64,000 nt of DNA from NCBI GenBank assembly GCA_905178155.1, contig CAJINV010000004.1, positions 9,834,625 through 9,898,624 on the forward strand. Reading direction: 5' to 3'. Numbering within the stretch: the first letter of the stretch is position 1; each line of letters opens with the position of its first letter. Shown here in pieces: positions 1 through 12,800 of this stretch. A program made the translations under genes and the position numbers. The notes beneath the pieces were generated by a model. That model had not been told where the DNA came from. It did not search any database and saw only the letters and a list, made by a program, of their open reading frames with translations. The DNA comes from Amoebophrya sp. A120. Taxonomy: Eukaryota; Protista; Dinoflagellata.

Positions 1-195
1 TTGCAGGCAATTTGTCGTGCTGTTTCTCACTCTCAGCTGCCTCCTATCATGCTGAAGATGCAAGGCTTCCCCACGCCACCCAGCACTACAGTTCGCATCT
101 TTTCCCGTGTAGCATGACAAAGCTGATTTGTGACAACAAATCTGCATCACAGATTTCCGTTTAGATATGGGGAGGGGGGATTTTTCCGTTTGATA
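1..195. mobile_element. Introner family C, right part
   Basis: Ends ...GGGGAGGGGGGATTTTTCCGTTTGATA; homologous to 43476-43790. Confidence 0.8.
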
Positions 196-2996
196 CTGGA
201 CGGCAGACAAAGAGTTGGACTACGCCATGGGCTTTTCCCTGCGGAAGCTTGACGAGACAGAGGAAGGGAACAACAGTATGACGCGGTTGGAAAACCGCCC
301 CTTCAAGCAGTTTTTGAATGTCAAGCAGGACGTGGTGAAGCGGGACCTGCAAGCGGAGATCGAACGGGAAAAGCGGCAACCACAGATGGCAATGTCCCGA
401 ACAAATATGTTGGTGAATAGTAAACAGCGGTCCTCGACGGCGCTGAGTTACGATGCGAATGGTGCCAGCACACAACAACCGTCGCAAAGCGCGCCAGTGA
501 CGCCGCGGAAAAATTCTAACGGTGGACAGGACCAAGAAATAAACCAGCAGCAAACGTCCACCTTCGGCGCTGAGTTTGGTGCAGCGAAGTCGTCTGCTTC
601 GGTGGTTCGTGACTTGTATAATTCGCGCCGTAGTTGTGTGACGCCGAAGGTGAATACCAGGAAATCCCGGGCGGACCTGTGGAAACCCTTCCTGCCTACA
701 TCTACTACTGCAGCTAGCACCGCAGGGAGTGGGACGATTACAGGGCTAACTCCCGCGGAGGGCGCGGCTGCAAAAAGATCGGCTTCCTACACAACTAGCA
801 CTGCTGTTGCTGCGACCTCGGTGGTGGAACATCAGAAGGATGGCTCGACACATATGCAAGCCACATCACCTCGTGCTGCTGCTGCTCTTGAAGATGCTGA
901 TTTATTAAAAGCCACTCCCCGTCGGCAGCTGTCGCTCCAAACTGTAGTCCAGAACCTGCACACTGCGGTTCGAAGCGCCTCGGCGCGCAAACGACCGTTG
1001 ACGACCAAGACGGTAAAACCGAAAAACCTTCCGAACTTCACCGTGAACGATCACTACAGGCAAGCGGGTCCGTTTTCGAGCAGTTATCGGGCGGCCTTCG
1101 GCGTGCCCCGGCTCGACGTGTTGGGGAGGGGGCAGGAGGGCGGGGGAGTAAAACAAGGCGCTATTTATTTTACCCCTCGCGGTGGTTTATCTTCGAGTTG
1201 TACGCCGGGCAATATAATTCACGACAATAATTCTACGATATCTGCCCGGGCAAGAAGAGCACTTCAGGAGGACCTGTTATGAACTGCAAAAGCATCGTAC
1301 TTGTATAAATGCATTACAAATTTTCTCAGCATGAAAAATAAAATTTGTAATGCGGATTTACCTTAAGACAAAGATTTGTAATGCTAGACTTGCATTTATA
1401 CGAGTACGATACTTTTGCACGGGATACCTGTTGCTGCAGGACGAAAAGGTCGTGGGTCCGCCGGCCGTATCCTGTGCAAAAGTATCGTACTCGTATGGAA
1501 ATCATGCATTACAAATCCCTTTGTTAAGGTAAATCAGCATTACAAATTTTATTTCTCATGCTGAGGAAATTTGTAATGCATTTATACGAGTACGATACTT
1601 TTGCAGTTCATAGGCCGGCCGCATTGGCGGAAGCAGGGACCTGCACCGAGGGTACTATAACAGTGAGCAACCGATGAACCTCTGCGATTGGGGCGTGCCG
1701 AAGCAGCTGCTGAACTCGCTTCTTGCTTCGAGCAGTGCAGCTGGTACGGACAAGGACAACAGCAACATCTCCCGGCCCGCCTCGGCAAGGAACTCTAATA
1801 CAGGAAAAAATATAATCGCCGGCACAGCAGCTGACGCAAACAACAATACCTCTGCGCTATCGACACCCCGCACGACGTCGCCCCGCACCCAGAACAAAGC
1901 CATTCTAAAAACCGCGAGTGAGCTCTTGGGCCAGGAAGCGAGGGCGGAGCAGAGACGGAAATTGTCCGCGCGGCAGAAGGCCGCCCGGGCGCTGCAGGGA
2001 TACAGCGATATTAATGGCGAGGAGGATGTCTCCGAAGTTGCACTGTGTAAAACATCAAATAAACGAGATAAGATCTTCCGTTCGCCGCCGAACTTCAAGG
2101 ACGAGGTCGCGGAAAACCTGTACAAGTTTCAGCATCACGAAACGCCCTCCGAGTCGCTGCACGAGTTTTATTCCGGGGTGCCCACCACCCCAACCTCCGC
2201 CCTGATAGTAAAACAGCGCGCCGAGTCGGCTCCGCCGGTAAATCTAGTTGAAAATAACGACGAGAAAACAAGATCTGATCTCGTTGGAGTAGTACCAGAG
2301 CGAGGCCATGGCCAACCACAGCAGTCCACAGAGAGGCTCGAAGATGAACAGAGAAAAAACGACATCAAAAGGCTGAAAGTCCTGCACAAGCGACACCACG
2401 CGCACCTGCACCAGGTCGGCGGGAATTCGTATCACTACATGCGGAAGGGCAAGAACAATAATTTGAACTTCAAGCACCCGCTGATCACGCCCTACGCGCC
2501 GACCAAGGAGCTGACCCCGCGGTGGGACCGCGACAACCAAAACCGGGTTTTTGTCCCGTACCGAAACGTCCTGCCTGCAGGGGAGAGACTGCCGTCGAGC
2601 CCGAAATTCAAGGACAAAACGGTGGTCGGCACGGCGCACGGCAAGCAAATCCTGGTTTCCTCCCAAATTCGGCGCGTTCCAGCGGAGCCGATCCGGACGC
2701 CGCGCACGGTGTTCACGCCGCGGCGGGAGGAGGACGTGGCGAAGGACGCGCAAAAAGTGGCGACGCGCGAGCGGCTGGTGCTGACGCGGTCCAGGTTCGT
2801 GCACACGCCTAGGATCAGCGACAAGCAGGAGGAGGAGCGAAAGGAATTTTTCGCGAAGCTGCTGAAGAACAAGGAGAGCGACCTGATCGCGCGGAAGAAG
2901 ACACGACGGGTGGCCCTGGCGCACTTGCCGGGGCTGTCTGGTGTCACGGAAACCAGCCACAAGGCGTACGCGGAAATGATCGCGAAAGAGAAGTAG
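196..2996 (+). CDS. Hypothetical low-complexity protein, 5'-partial; coding segments ~196-1277, 1432-1467, 1618-2996 (one DR copy retained per junction)
   Basis: ORFs 215..1282 and 1674..2996 join in frame (...QEDL-LLQDEKVVGPPA-GRIGGSRDLHRGYYNSEQPMNL...) once elements 1278-1426 and 1468-1612 plus one DR copy each are removed. No recognisable domain. Confidence 0.75.
1278..1426. mobile_element. Introner family A
   Basis: TIR TATnnnnTGCAAAAG(T/C)ATCGTAC; DR CCTGT/CCTGT. Confidence 0.92.
1468..1612. mobile_element. Introner family A, opposite orientation to 1278-1426
   Basis: DR GGCCG/GGCCG. Confidence 0.92.
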
Positions 2997-4171
2997 GAGG
3001 GATTGGGGTCGTTGCGCCAGTACTTTATTGGGTATCTTTCTCGTGCTCTCCTGACAGATAGTCCTCATAGTTCCTGTCATATTCTCGTCCATTATTTTAT
3101 GTTTATGTTAGTAGTGGACTGATTTTTTGCTTCGCAATTACACATTCCTGGGCATCACCGCTATTGAAAAATCACAGTGGTGGTAAACTAAGTAGTAGTC
3201 AGTTTGTTGACCGTTCTTTTCGAAGTGTATTGTACCCCACAAATTTGTTTCTGGCTAGACCAGCACTCTGGATAGCAATTTTCTGCTCTCGAGAGTGCTA
3301 CGGTGCCGTCAACATGTAAGAACCGTTTCAAGATTTATATTCTATGTTGAGGAGAAATATTTAGAATGAGTCACCCCTCATGTTGATTTTGAATTCCTTT
3401 TTTTAACAGCGCTTCAAGTTCAACTTGAGCTCCTGCATTTTTTTTTTTTAGTTTTTTGAGTTTGCGTCCCCTACACCTCGTAATTTGTTCCATCATGATG
3501 TTCCCGTAAGAAAACAGTAAGAAAGAGGGCCAGGAGCGCGTTTGTCCTGCCTCTTTCGGCACCGGCGGTGTCCGCCGCTTGATGACCACAAGCTACTAAA
3601 GAGTGCAGTTTTTTTTTCATTCGATAGATGACGTTTGCGAGTTATCCTCGTCGTGAATTCGGGGACAGACGCATCAAGCCGCGTTGTTGAAACTCGATCG
3701 TCCGGTGAAGATAAACCGGTGACAACAGGTAAGGTGTTCCGTCCTGAAGAACTTGTACTTCAGGAAAGGTGGCAGCAGTGAGTTGATGCCGAATCTAGTT
3801 TCGGAACTTGGTACCACGATCATGATTCAGGAGGAGATTCTTGAATGCATTTGCTTTTCGTAGTTCACCTGTATCTGTAAAGATCTGTAAAAATCAGTTG
3901 TTCTTTTTGCTTCGAGTTCAAAGTCAAACAGGACGATCCGCATTTACTAGTTTTTCTTCTTGGTTTGTGGCTCCTTTGTGCGTGTATAATTGATAGATCT
4001 GGATGAAAACCGGTAACCCGACTCGTCTCATGATCAAGATCGATGCACAAGGGCGGCTGGAAAACGAAATAAAGCGCTCAACCTTAACATTAATCAAAAG
4101 ATAATCCACGTGTATCCGTCCTCGAAGAAGTAGTTTGCATTTGGTTCTTGAAGAGGTCAGCACAAGAAAAA

Positions 4172-7100
4172 ATGTCGAACTCCGAGGCCGAGCGTTGGAA
4201 GATCGAGGCAAATGAGCACCTGAAGAAAAATGAGCTCACCGAGGCGATCCTATGCAGGGCAACAGTTTTATCTTAGTCTTTTATACAGACGTGCAGGTGC
4301 AGCAGGAGAAGAGCCCAGCAGGACAAACTTCTGTAGAGAGTTTGTTCGGGAGGGCAATGCGTGAAGATTTCATCAACCATTGCATTTCAGGAGCGAAAGC
4401 TTCGCATATATTTTTGAAATGAGGAATGAAATTGATATGACGGAATGAAATTGATATGACGAGGATGACACCACCTGAGATATTGAAAAGTCGTGCGAAG
4501 ACTCCTCACTGTTCCTGTTCAAGAAAACCGTTTGCGCAGGATACGTTCAAAAATACAACAAGGCCATCACGCTAGACAACCAGAACCCGGTCTATTACAG
4601 CAACCGTTCCGCCGCCTGGGTATTCACTGCAAAAGTATCGTAATCGTATAAATGCATTACAAATCTCCGCAGCATGAGAAATAAAATTTGTAATGCGGAT
4701 TTAACTTAAAGAAAAGATTTGTCATGCATGACTGCAACACGAGTACGATACTTTTGCACAGGATACTGGGCGGCACAGAGTAAGTTCGAAAACGCGCTGA
4801 ATGATGCGGAAAAATGCCTGCAGATCGACCCGAAGTTCATCAAGGGATTTTCACGCATATCCGCAGGAAATTTTACCGTACATCTCCGCGGAATCGAACC
4901 AGTATCAAGCGGCGACCATGCATGACAAAGCAAAGCTGCTTCCTGTTGCCTAGTTTAGTTTTTCTGCATGATCGCAGTTCCTTGCATGCTTATGTTTTCG
5001 GTTTTTGCAAATCAAAACCTGCGTTGCAAACATGTGACACGGACGCCGTTGACGTTGTACTGATAGCCGTACAATGAATTTATTACGGTAAATGTGTGTT
5101 GCATAACGCAAAGGGCTCGCACTGTTTAAGCTTGGAAAAGTAAAGGAGGCGACGGAAGCCTACCGGGCGGGACTCATCTATGCATTGCAAAAGCATCATG
5201 TTCATGATCGTACTAGTATAATATTGAGACACATGACAAATTTTTCAAGAAGGAAAGCTTGAATTTGTGATGCAGATTGAGGTAGAAAATTAGATCTGCC
5301 ATGTTGCAAGACTGGTCGTTAACATTTTAATTAAGTATACGAGTGCGATTACTTCTTTGCTTTTGCACAGGATATCAGCTTGGACCCAACCAATGTCGCG
5401 CTACAGCAATCCATGGCGGCAATCACGAGGTCACAGAAGGGCAGTAGCGGGGACGGAATCCAGGGCTACTTGGCAAGCGTGGGACAGAAGCTGATGAACT
5501 CAGGCGGTATCATGATTTTTGGATGTCAGCTACTTCCACAGCTTCCATTCTGACCCTGAGCAAGTAGAGGGAGGCGATGACAGACAAATAACTTCCAGTT
5601 CCTTCTTTACCGTGTTGGTGCTTATCAGCTGCTTCTTTATCATCATTGTAGTTTCGCATCCTGTTCATGGCGCGCATTTTCAATCATGAAACAAACCGCA
5701 TAAAAACAAGAAGTATGTGACTATTTACGGCCGCTTCACCACAATGTCAGGTCTCGGCAAAGTGGTTATGTATGCAGTGGTTCTTTTTGGCTACTGGCTC
5801 TACATGCGTTTTACCCGGTCCGGCAAGACCGACGGGGACAACGCGCTGCCCGAGAAGCCGAAAGACCCCACCGCGCTCCAGCATGGCATGGTGTCCCTCG
5901 CACGAGACAAGGCCGTCCACATCGCGAAGCGTTCCGCGATCGTCCCAGCAGTTGTTTCTCCGCCTGCTTCATCTTCCCCCGGAGCTGCGCACCAGCACGC
6001 AAGCGAAGCGGAAGGCGAGGACACACAAGTGACCACGGACAGCAAGGCCGCCACGTCGGTGGTGCTGTTTTTCCACGCAACCGGCTTGTCTGGAGAGGAA
6101 CACGCCCACGTGGTCGCGAAATTCGAGAAAAGCTATCCTGTGCAGAAGCATCGTACTCGTATAAATGCATTACAAATTCCCTCAGCATGAGCAATAAGAT
6201 TTGTCCTGCGGATTTACCTTAGGAAGAAAATTTGTAATGCATGACTGCAATTACTACGCTACGAGTACGATACTTTTGCACAGGATAAAAGCAACGTGCT
6301 CTTGATAGACCTTCCCTGTCACGGGCGCAGCACGTGCTGGTTGTTATGGAAAAGAAAAACCGTGTTACGTGTAGGAGGTGTCTTGTGGAGGTGACCACAG
6401 CATGACAAATTCGCTCTGTATGACTCCTCTTCTTCAGAAAAAGCCTCTCATGTGCAGCTTCTACGAGTACGACGCCAAAGCGCATATGACATAAGAGGGC
6501 TTCCTGACTGGCCAGCATAACAAGTGTTGCATGCTTCGCATGTTTATACAAAGTTACACGACCACTATGATCTACAGTTTTTTTCTTGCATAGCTGCCTT
6601 CGGGCGACGACTGGGAAGAGCTCGGAAAAAAAATCGTCGGCGCAGATGCAACCTTGTTTCCCGAGGGCGTGCCAAAGACGCTGGTATTATGTTTTTCTTT
6701 TTTTACAAATTTTGTGGAGATGTACTCATCAATTTGGTTTGATTTTTGCTCACGCTAGCGGTCTTCTCACTGAACAATATTTATGATATCGGTTGCCGCT
6801 GTCGCTCGTGCTACCTAGTAGCGCTCCACCTAATAAGTACTACGCCGACAAGAACTTGGTGTCTTAGAACATCAGTATCAATGCTGCTCTACCAGGTCTT
6901 GTCCGGCTATTCGCCTTTCCTCACGCGTGGCATGTTTGACGCTTTCATGCCTGACTACGTGGTTTGGACAGGGCCAAACGAACTCTTTTCCAACAAGGAC
7001 ATCAACACCGTCGAGGACCTATCCTGTGCAAAAGTCTCGTACTCGTATAATTGCAGTCATGCATTACAAATCTTTCTATTACGGTCAATCCGCATTACAA

Positions 7101-8708
7101 GTTTTATTTCTCATGCTGAGGAAATTTGTAATGCATTTATACGTCGAGTGCGATACTTTTGCAGTTCATAGGACCTGAAATCCAAACTTCTCAGCGACGA
7201 GTCGACCTCAAAGAAGCACAATGAAGTAGGTCGCGAAAAAGCCTTCAACAAACTGCCAATAGGAATATTGCGCGATGCTACAATGCACATGGCGCATGGT
7301 AAGTTTTGTCTTCGAGGAAGCGATGTTTTTTTTTTTGGGACCATGTCGTGTGTTGGGTGACGAATGCTACTGAATACGCATGCTCATAGTCTCGTTGCGC
7401 ATTCACTTAGTACCTGGATTTAGAAGTAGCACGAGCTGCAAGTCAAGTTATTTACGTTAGGTCGAACAGGGGACGGGTTGCGAGTCCCTGTGCGCATGCA
7501 GCTTGTATATCGAAGTGCGCTACATCATGCCAAAAATAAATCTTATCACAGACAAGCGTCCACAATACACACTAGAGCGCAACGTGACCGAGCTGATCCT
7601 TCAGGAGGTCATCGTGTCTCCGACCCTTGTGTTGTCAAGTGAAAAACCGGAGTTAGACAAAGAGAAATATTAAACCGTAATCCATTCTTCTTCACCATAG
7701 GGGCGAGAGGGATCTAAGTACCTCGTGGTCGTCGTGTGGCTTGTGTCATCTTGCTGCACTAGTAGAGGACTAGCACAACATCGAGGATCTTTTTCTTCTT
7801 TGTTGCACTTTTCTTCTACTTGCGCTTCCCTGCCTATGAACTAGGTCAGGCTCAAGTATGTAGGTGATGGTGAAGGACACCGGTATTAAAAGTTCTTTGT
7901 CCCTTTTCATACACGAAGTTCACCAGTCTTAACAAGAAGATCGAGGCGAAGCAGCACCCGTGGGAACTCGTAAAATCTGAAAAATGGTTGAGCACCGTGC
8001 AGTACCCACTGAAAGAAAAAAAAGGGCCGTACTCGTCGTACTTCTTGCATTGTTGCATGACAGATTTCTCTTTCCGCACACTTTTCGTGCGGTTGCGGAG
8101 AAGGAAAGATATTATTTTGTATATGCAAGAGCATGTTGAGCAACTCCAAGTTTGCACGACAAGTATAATGCGCCAAGGTACTTTTTCGTTGCATATGCCA
8201 CAGTGGCTCGAGGAACAGGCGGATGCGGCGGGACAGCATACTATGGAGGTGTCGGCCTTGAAATCGACAAAGTCGAACAAATGATTTGTGACGCACAAGA
8301 AAATCAAAATGTTGACCACAATAAATTTCTAAGCAGCGCATGAAAAATTATCTCGATGCCTTGCTCTGTTCGGTATCGGTGCAATAAACGGGGCTGCTCG
8401 TGGCACATGCTCATCTTTGGCACCACTCGCATTCTTCCTCCTAATTCGGCTTGTTGTTGGCACCTGGCATCACTTGCCTGCTGTCCAATACAAGCATTCT
8501 GTGGGTGCAGCCAAGCACGCATGTCAGATCATTTTAATTTATGAACAAATTGGGCGATTTCATCGGGCCTGACGCTTCCATACAAGAAACTCAGGAGGAA
8601 GCAGACCACGCACCAGCAGCGGAGCCCGCAACAGGATCAATGCCTGACGAGGACCTCCAAGCTGATGACGGCAGTACGAAGGCCGGGGGCGGTGCGGACG
8701 AGTTTTAG
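4172..8708 (+). CDS. Multi-exon gene: N-terminal STI1/SGT-like TPR domain, transmembrane helix, alpha/beta-hydrolase-like domain, C-terminus ...GGGADEF*
   Basis: Spliced translation: MSNSEAERWKIEANEHLKKNELTEA..KYNKAITLDNQNPVYYSNRSAAWAAQSKFENALNDAEKCLQIDPKFIKGFSRKGLALFKLGKVKEATEAYRAGL (3 TPRs); TM segment VVMYAVVLFGYWLY; VVLFFHATG...NVLLIDLPCHGRS; TLVLSGYSPF; HPWELV..WL. Canonical GT-AG intron at 5507-5750. Exons between 7230 and 7930 are uncertain. Confidence 0.7.
4251..4543. mobile_element. Degenerate introner-like non-canonical intron
   Basis: TATGCA...GCAGGATA ends with an eroded DR; must be removed to join the TPR1 helices. Confidence 0.55.
4621..4765. mobile_element. Introner family A
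   Basis: DR CTGGG/CTGGG. Confidence 0.92.
4858..5105. mobile_element. Introner family F (diverged)
   Basis: TATCCGCAGGAAATTTTACCGTA...TACGGTAAATGTGTGTTGCATA; DR ACGCA/ACGCA. Confidence 0.85.
5179..5374. mobile_element. Introner family A (diverged)
   Basis: DR TCATC/TCAGC. Confidence 0.85.
6134..6287. mobile_element. Introner family A
   Basis: DR AAAGC/AAAGC; removal gives FEKS-NVLLIDLPCHGRS. Confidence 0.92.
6345..6592. mobile_element. Degenerate introner, family E-like
   Basis: Right end CAGTTTTTTTCTTGCATA matches the end of 14712-14925; DR GTTGT/GCTGC; frame restored. Confidence 0.6.
7020..7170. mobile_element. Introner family A
   Basis: DR GGACC/GGACC. Confidence 0.92.
8003..8195. mobile_element. 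Degenerate introner, family A-like
   Basis: TAC...GTACTCGT...GTACTTTTTCGTTGCATA; DR TGCAG/TGCCA. Confidence 0.55.
8242..8582. mobile_element. Introner family D (diverged)
   Basis: TATGGAGGTGTCGG...GAAATCGACAAAGT / CCTGACGCTTCCATA; DR CATAC/CAAGA. Confidence 0.75.
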
Positions 8709-9897
8709 TAAGGCCGTAAGCAAGCAGGAGTCGTCCCGCATGAGAAATAGTAAATGGCTATCTGATGCGCTGCATTTTTCTTCTTCCACCAGAAACAGAA
8801 AAATTGCCATACAGTTTTTGCTAGACCGAAACAAAGGTCTCATGATCCATAGAAGGCGTAGGTGAATCTGGATGAAACGAGGCTCATGAAATTGTTCCCA
8901 TAGAAGTAGTACGGATGTTTATTTTCAAAATTCCAAGAAGAGGAAGGTCAAGGTTCTCAGATCCTGTCGTCTATTCGCAAAAAGCGCCTTCGGTTTTTTC
9001 CAGTAACTTGTTGAGATTTTCAGCACGAATGAAATGTTGATCAGTTTAAGTATATGAACCACAACGCGATCATGATCACTGAAATAAATGCATGAAATTA
9101 AGCGCAACCAGTGTCTATCTTCTCACGACGAAGAACAAGAAGGACCTGTCTATTAGGATCAAATCATGCGTCCCCCGTCATACTCAGATAGTAATGAAAT
9201 GGAATAAAGCACGCAAAATTATATATTAGCAGCTCAGAATCAGAATGCAAATCAAATGCAATGTCGAGATCATTTTCGGAACGAGCCGGCTGATTATCTT
9301 GTGACAGAAGTTTTCAGCTGAATCATATGAAAGAACTTCAATTTGGCCTCTTTTGTCTCGTCGACTCTTTCACTTTCCCTTTTTTCCCTGAATTGCGGAA
9401 ATTAAATAAACAAACACCAATCTCCCACAGTGTGTACAACCAAGTTGCGCTGCTTCATCGGATTCCTAAAACTTACTTTTTTTACTTGCCTTCAAAAAAT
9501 TTACTTTACTACACATATTTGCACCAACTTCGATTGACGAGATCTATCTACGCTTATCTTGTAAGACTCTTTCGAAGAATTGGCGGGGTGAACGTAATGA
9601 AGGTAAACGCAGTGAACACGTTGTACGACAAAAAGATTACATTATAGTATTTTCATCCAGTTTTGGTAAAGCGACAACCGTTCTCTCTGATTTTTTCTAC
9701 AAAAGAAGCCTGCAAGTCTTGCACCAGCACGATCAAGTAGCATTACATTTACACTCAAGTATTCAAGTATTCATATTCTAAACGTAAAGAGGAGAACAGA
9801 TAGAAAAGTCTGATGTTGTTTGGAAAGTAGTGCTATATCGAATTCAAAAACAATAACAAATTTTTACTTCTCTCAATTTTTCAAAGTAGTGAACAAG

Positions 9898-12800
9898 ATG
9901 CGGAGTGCGGTCAACGAGAAATCGCTTTACCCAGGTGGGAGGGCCGCGTTGTCGACACCGCTTCGTTTTTTCGTGTGGTGCGGCCTCCAGTTTATTTGCC
10001 TGCAGCAGGTGGCGACCCCCGTGGTGGCTTTGGTTTTGGACGACGATATACCAATCACCCGCTCCCTACAAACCAGCCTCCAAGTTTTGCAAAGGAAATT
10101 GCAAATGTTTCGAGATGCGATGGTGGCGGTGCGAGGCCGCGACGGCGTCCAAATCAATGAGAAGGACCTGGACTCAGTCACGGACATCCGCTGGCTCCCT
10201 CCGGAGCACAAAGCGTTCTGGTATTCGCGCTATGCCGAGTTGAAGGCCGAATTCTGCCAAGTGCGGAGTACCAGAGCGACGTCGACATCAGGTGTTTTTC
10301 CTGCAGCAGGAGTAGGAGCTTCGTCGTCAATTTATCGCAAACAGACCCTTCCCCTGGACGCAAGCGTGCATATGTGCGAGTGGCAGCGGAGGGGGCAAAG
10401 GACTTGGGGTGACGGCCTCTCCGGGGAGGACCAACTAACTAATAGCCCTGACTCTGGCGACGAGCTCACTTTTAGTATCAAAGATGAAGAAGACCACAAA
10501 AGCAAAACCAATACAACTCCGCGGGCCGCTTGTGCACCTGATTTGTGCCGCGCGCTGGCAGAGTCCTGGAAACTGTGTCACGCGTTTCGAAGAAACGTCT
10601 ACCCTTACGTCGGAGCGAGCCTGTATGGATGTGTCAGAGTTGAAATCGACAAAGTTGAAATAATTTGTCATGCATAAAATGGATGCCAGTTGGAACCCAG
10701 TTTCCAAGTGGCGCATGACAAATTTCGGTGGTCCCTAAATCCAGTTTGTCATGCTGTTTAGGCAAAGAAGAGCGACTTTCTCATGCTACTTTAGCAGCTC
10801 GAGCTGTAACCCCAAGCAGGCTTACAATCGGCCTCACTTGCCTGCTCTGCCATACACGTGGCTCGGGTCATGCATTTTATGCATCACAAACTATTTCAAC
10901 TTTGACGATTTCAGTCCTGACGCTTCCATAGCCTGCTGCCCAACAAGGGGCACGAAAAGATGGTGTTCACGGCGGCGCGGCGAAGTCAAGTATGCAATGC
11001 AAAAGTATGGTACTAGTATGAATTGCATGACAAATTTTTCCTAGAAGAAAAATGAAATGTGTCATGAAGATTCAGGTAAAGAAAGCAGATCTGTAATGCT
11101 AGACTCGCACGAGACTCGAATAGCTTCGCCCGCTGGGTGTGACGTCGCAAACTTGCGCTAGAAGGAACATTTTTCAGAAAGTTCACCTCCCGCTGCGGGA
11201 CGCGCACGTTTTGCGTATCACCTGGGAACAACGCTGTTGCGTCTCGCGCCGCATCCCCCCGCGGCCTAGTGGATGCCTTTTCAAAGCATGTCGAGCCGGA
11301 AACGCGGCTAGAGACGCCTTCGCAGTGCGTTGCTGGTTGGAAATCTAGCAAGCGACGCCGTCTCAGTGCATTTCTAGCCGGAAACCCACCTAGCGACGCC
11401 GCCTCAGGGCGTTTCTAGCTAGAAAGCCAGCTAGCGACGCCGCCCCGGTGTGTGTCCAGCAGGGAATCCAGCTAGCAATGCCGTCTCAGCACCTTTCTAG
11501 CTGAAAGGATGGAAATACAGCCGGAAAGGCAGCGGCAGCGTGTTTCCGGCTAGAGATCCAGGTGGAAAGGCATCGCCAGCGCGTTCCCAGAACGAAATCC
11601 AGCGGGAGAGGCATCGCCAAAGCGCCCCCGGCTGGAAGAAATTCAGCCGGCCGCGTCTTTGCGGAGTATTTCTAGCGTGAAATGGAGCCGGGGACGCCTT
11701 TTCAGAGCATTCCTAGCGGGAAACCCAGACGGAGGCGCGTTTTTTTCTAGCCGGGAGGAAATCCAGCAGGGAGGCAGTGCATTACTTAAAGAGGCATCCG
11801 CAAGCAACGCGCCTCCAGCTGGAAATCCTTCGAGGGCGCCGCTTCGAAGAGTATCCAGCTGAAGACGCCGCGGCAATGGAAATCCAGCTTGCTGGAAACG
11901 CCTTTTCGAGGGAAATCCAGACGGAAACGCATCGAGAAGGCTTTTTCAGCGCTTTCCCGCCCGACCTTTTCAAACAAAGTGGCTGCAGCTGGATTTCTAG
12001 TAGAAGACGGCTTTCGATTTCTAGCTTTGATTCCAGTTGTGGGGAACATTTTGAAAAGGCATCCGCGGCGCATTGTTAGCTGGGATTCCAGGTCAAGGCG
12101 CCTCAAGGTGTTGCCAGGTGGATAGATTTGCGGGCGGAGATGCCTCGGGGCATTTCCAGGCGTCAAGAATCGCAAGGCAGCCGATTTCTCTTTGATTTTC
12201 CGGGGTTTCTTCCCGCGTTAGCAAAACTCTGCTGGCTACCCGGGGAAAGGTTTGCCTAGAAGGATACTGGGTAGGTATTGGGAAGCTATCGGGAAGGGGT
12301 GGCAGAGCTGAAGCTCTTCTCGGGCTGTTGTGCTTAGCGCGGCTCTTCAGGCTACCCGGGGCAAGGATCTTCTAGTAGGGTCGCGGGAGGGTGTTCATTG
12401 GGATAGTGGAAATGTATTGGGGATTTGTTTTTTTTATTTTTTCCCGAGTTGCTGTGTTTAGCACAGCTATTCTGCCTACCCGGGGCATGGGTTTTCTAGT
12501 AGAATGCTGGGAAGGTATTGATGGAGGCGTCCATCTGCGCCATCGTTGCACGCCTTCCAGGTGCAGCGTCCGTGGCTGCGGTTGCCGCCTTCCGTCTCCG
12601 TCGGCTGCTCGCGATGTCTCCGTGCGCGCGATCAGCTGAAGCTTTTTTTCCTTAGGGATTTCAGTAAGAAAGTGACACGCGATCGCGCGGATCCGAGTGA
12701 CCCCCTACGACACCCCCCCCGCCCTTTCGAGCGATATGATGACACTGCGCCCCAATCCGTATGTTGAATAGTTTTTGTTTTTAAGATGAGGACTTAGATG

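Noticed and set aside
1278-1282. Stop-codon readthrough or an alternative genetic code explaining the broken ORFs
   Set aside because: The stops lie inside the elements, and the true gene ends use standard stops.
2244-3092. Long minus-strand ORFs (also 14971-15714, 35851-36576, 40927-41664, 60078-61001)
   Set aside because: They are antisense shadows of GC-rich + strand exons, with no recognisable domains.
11139-12175. ORFs inside the 2.7-kb insert as a transposase
   Set aside because: They are short, repeat-derived and show no DDE or DNA-binding motifs.
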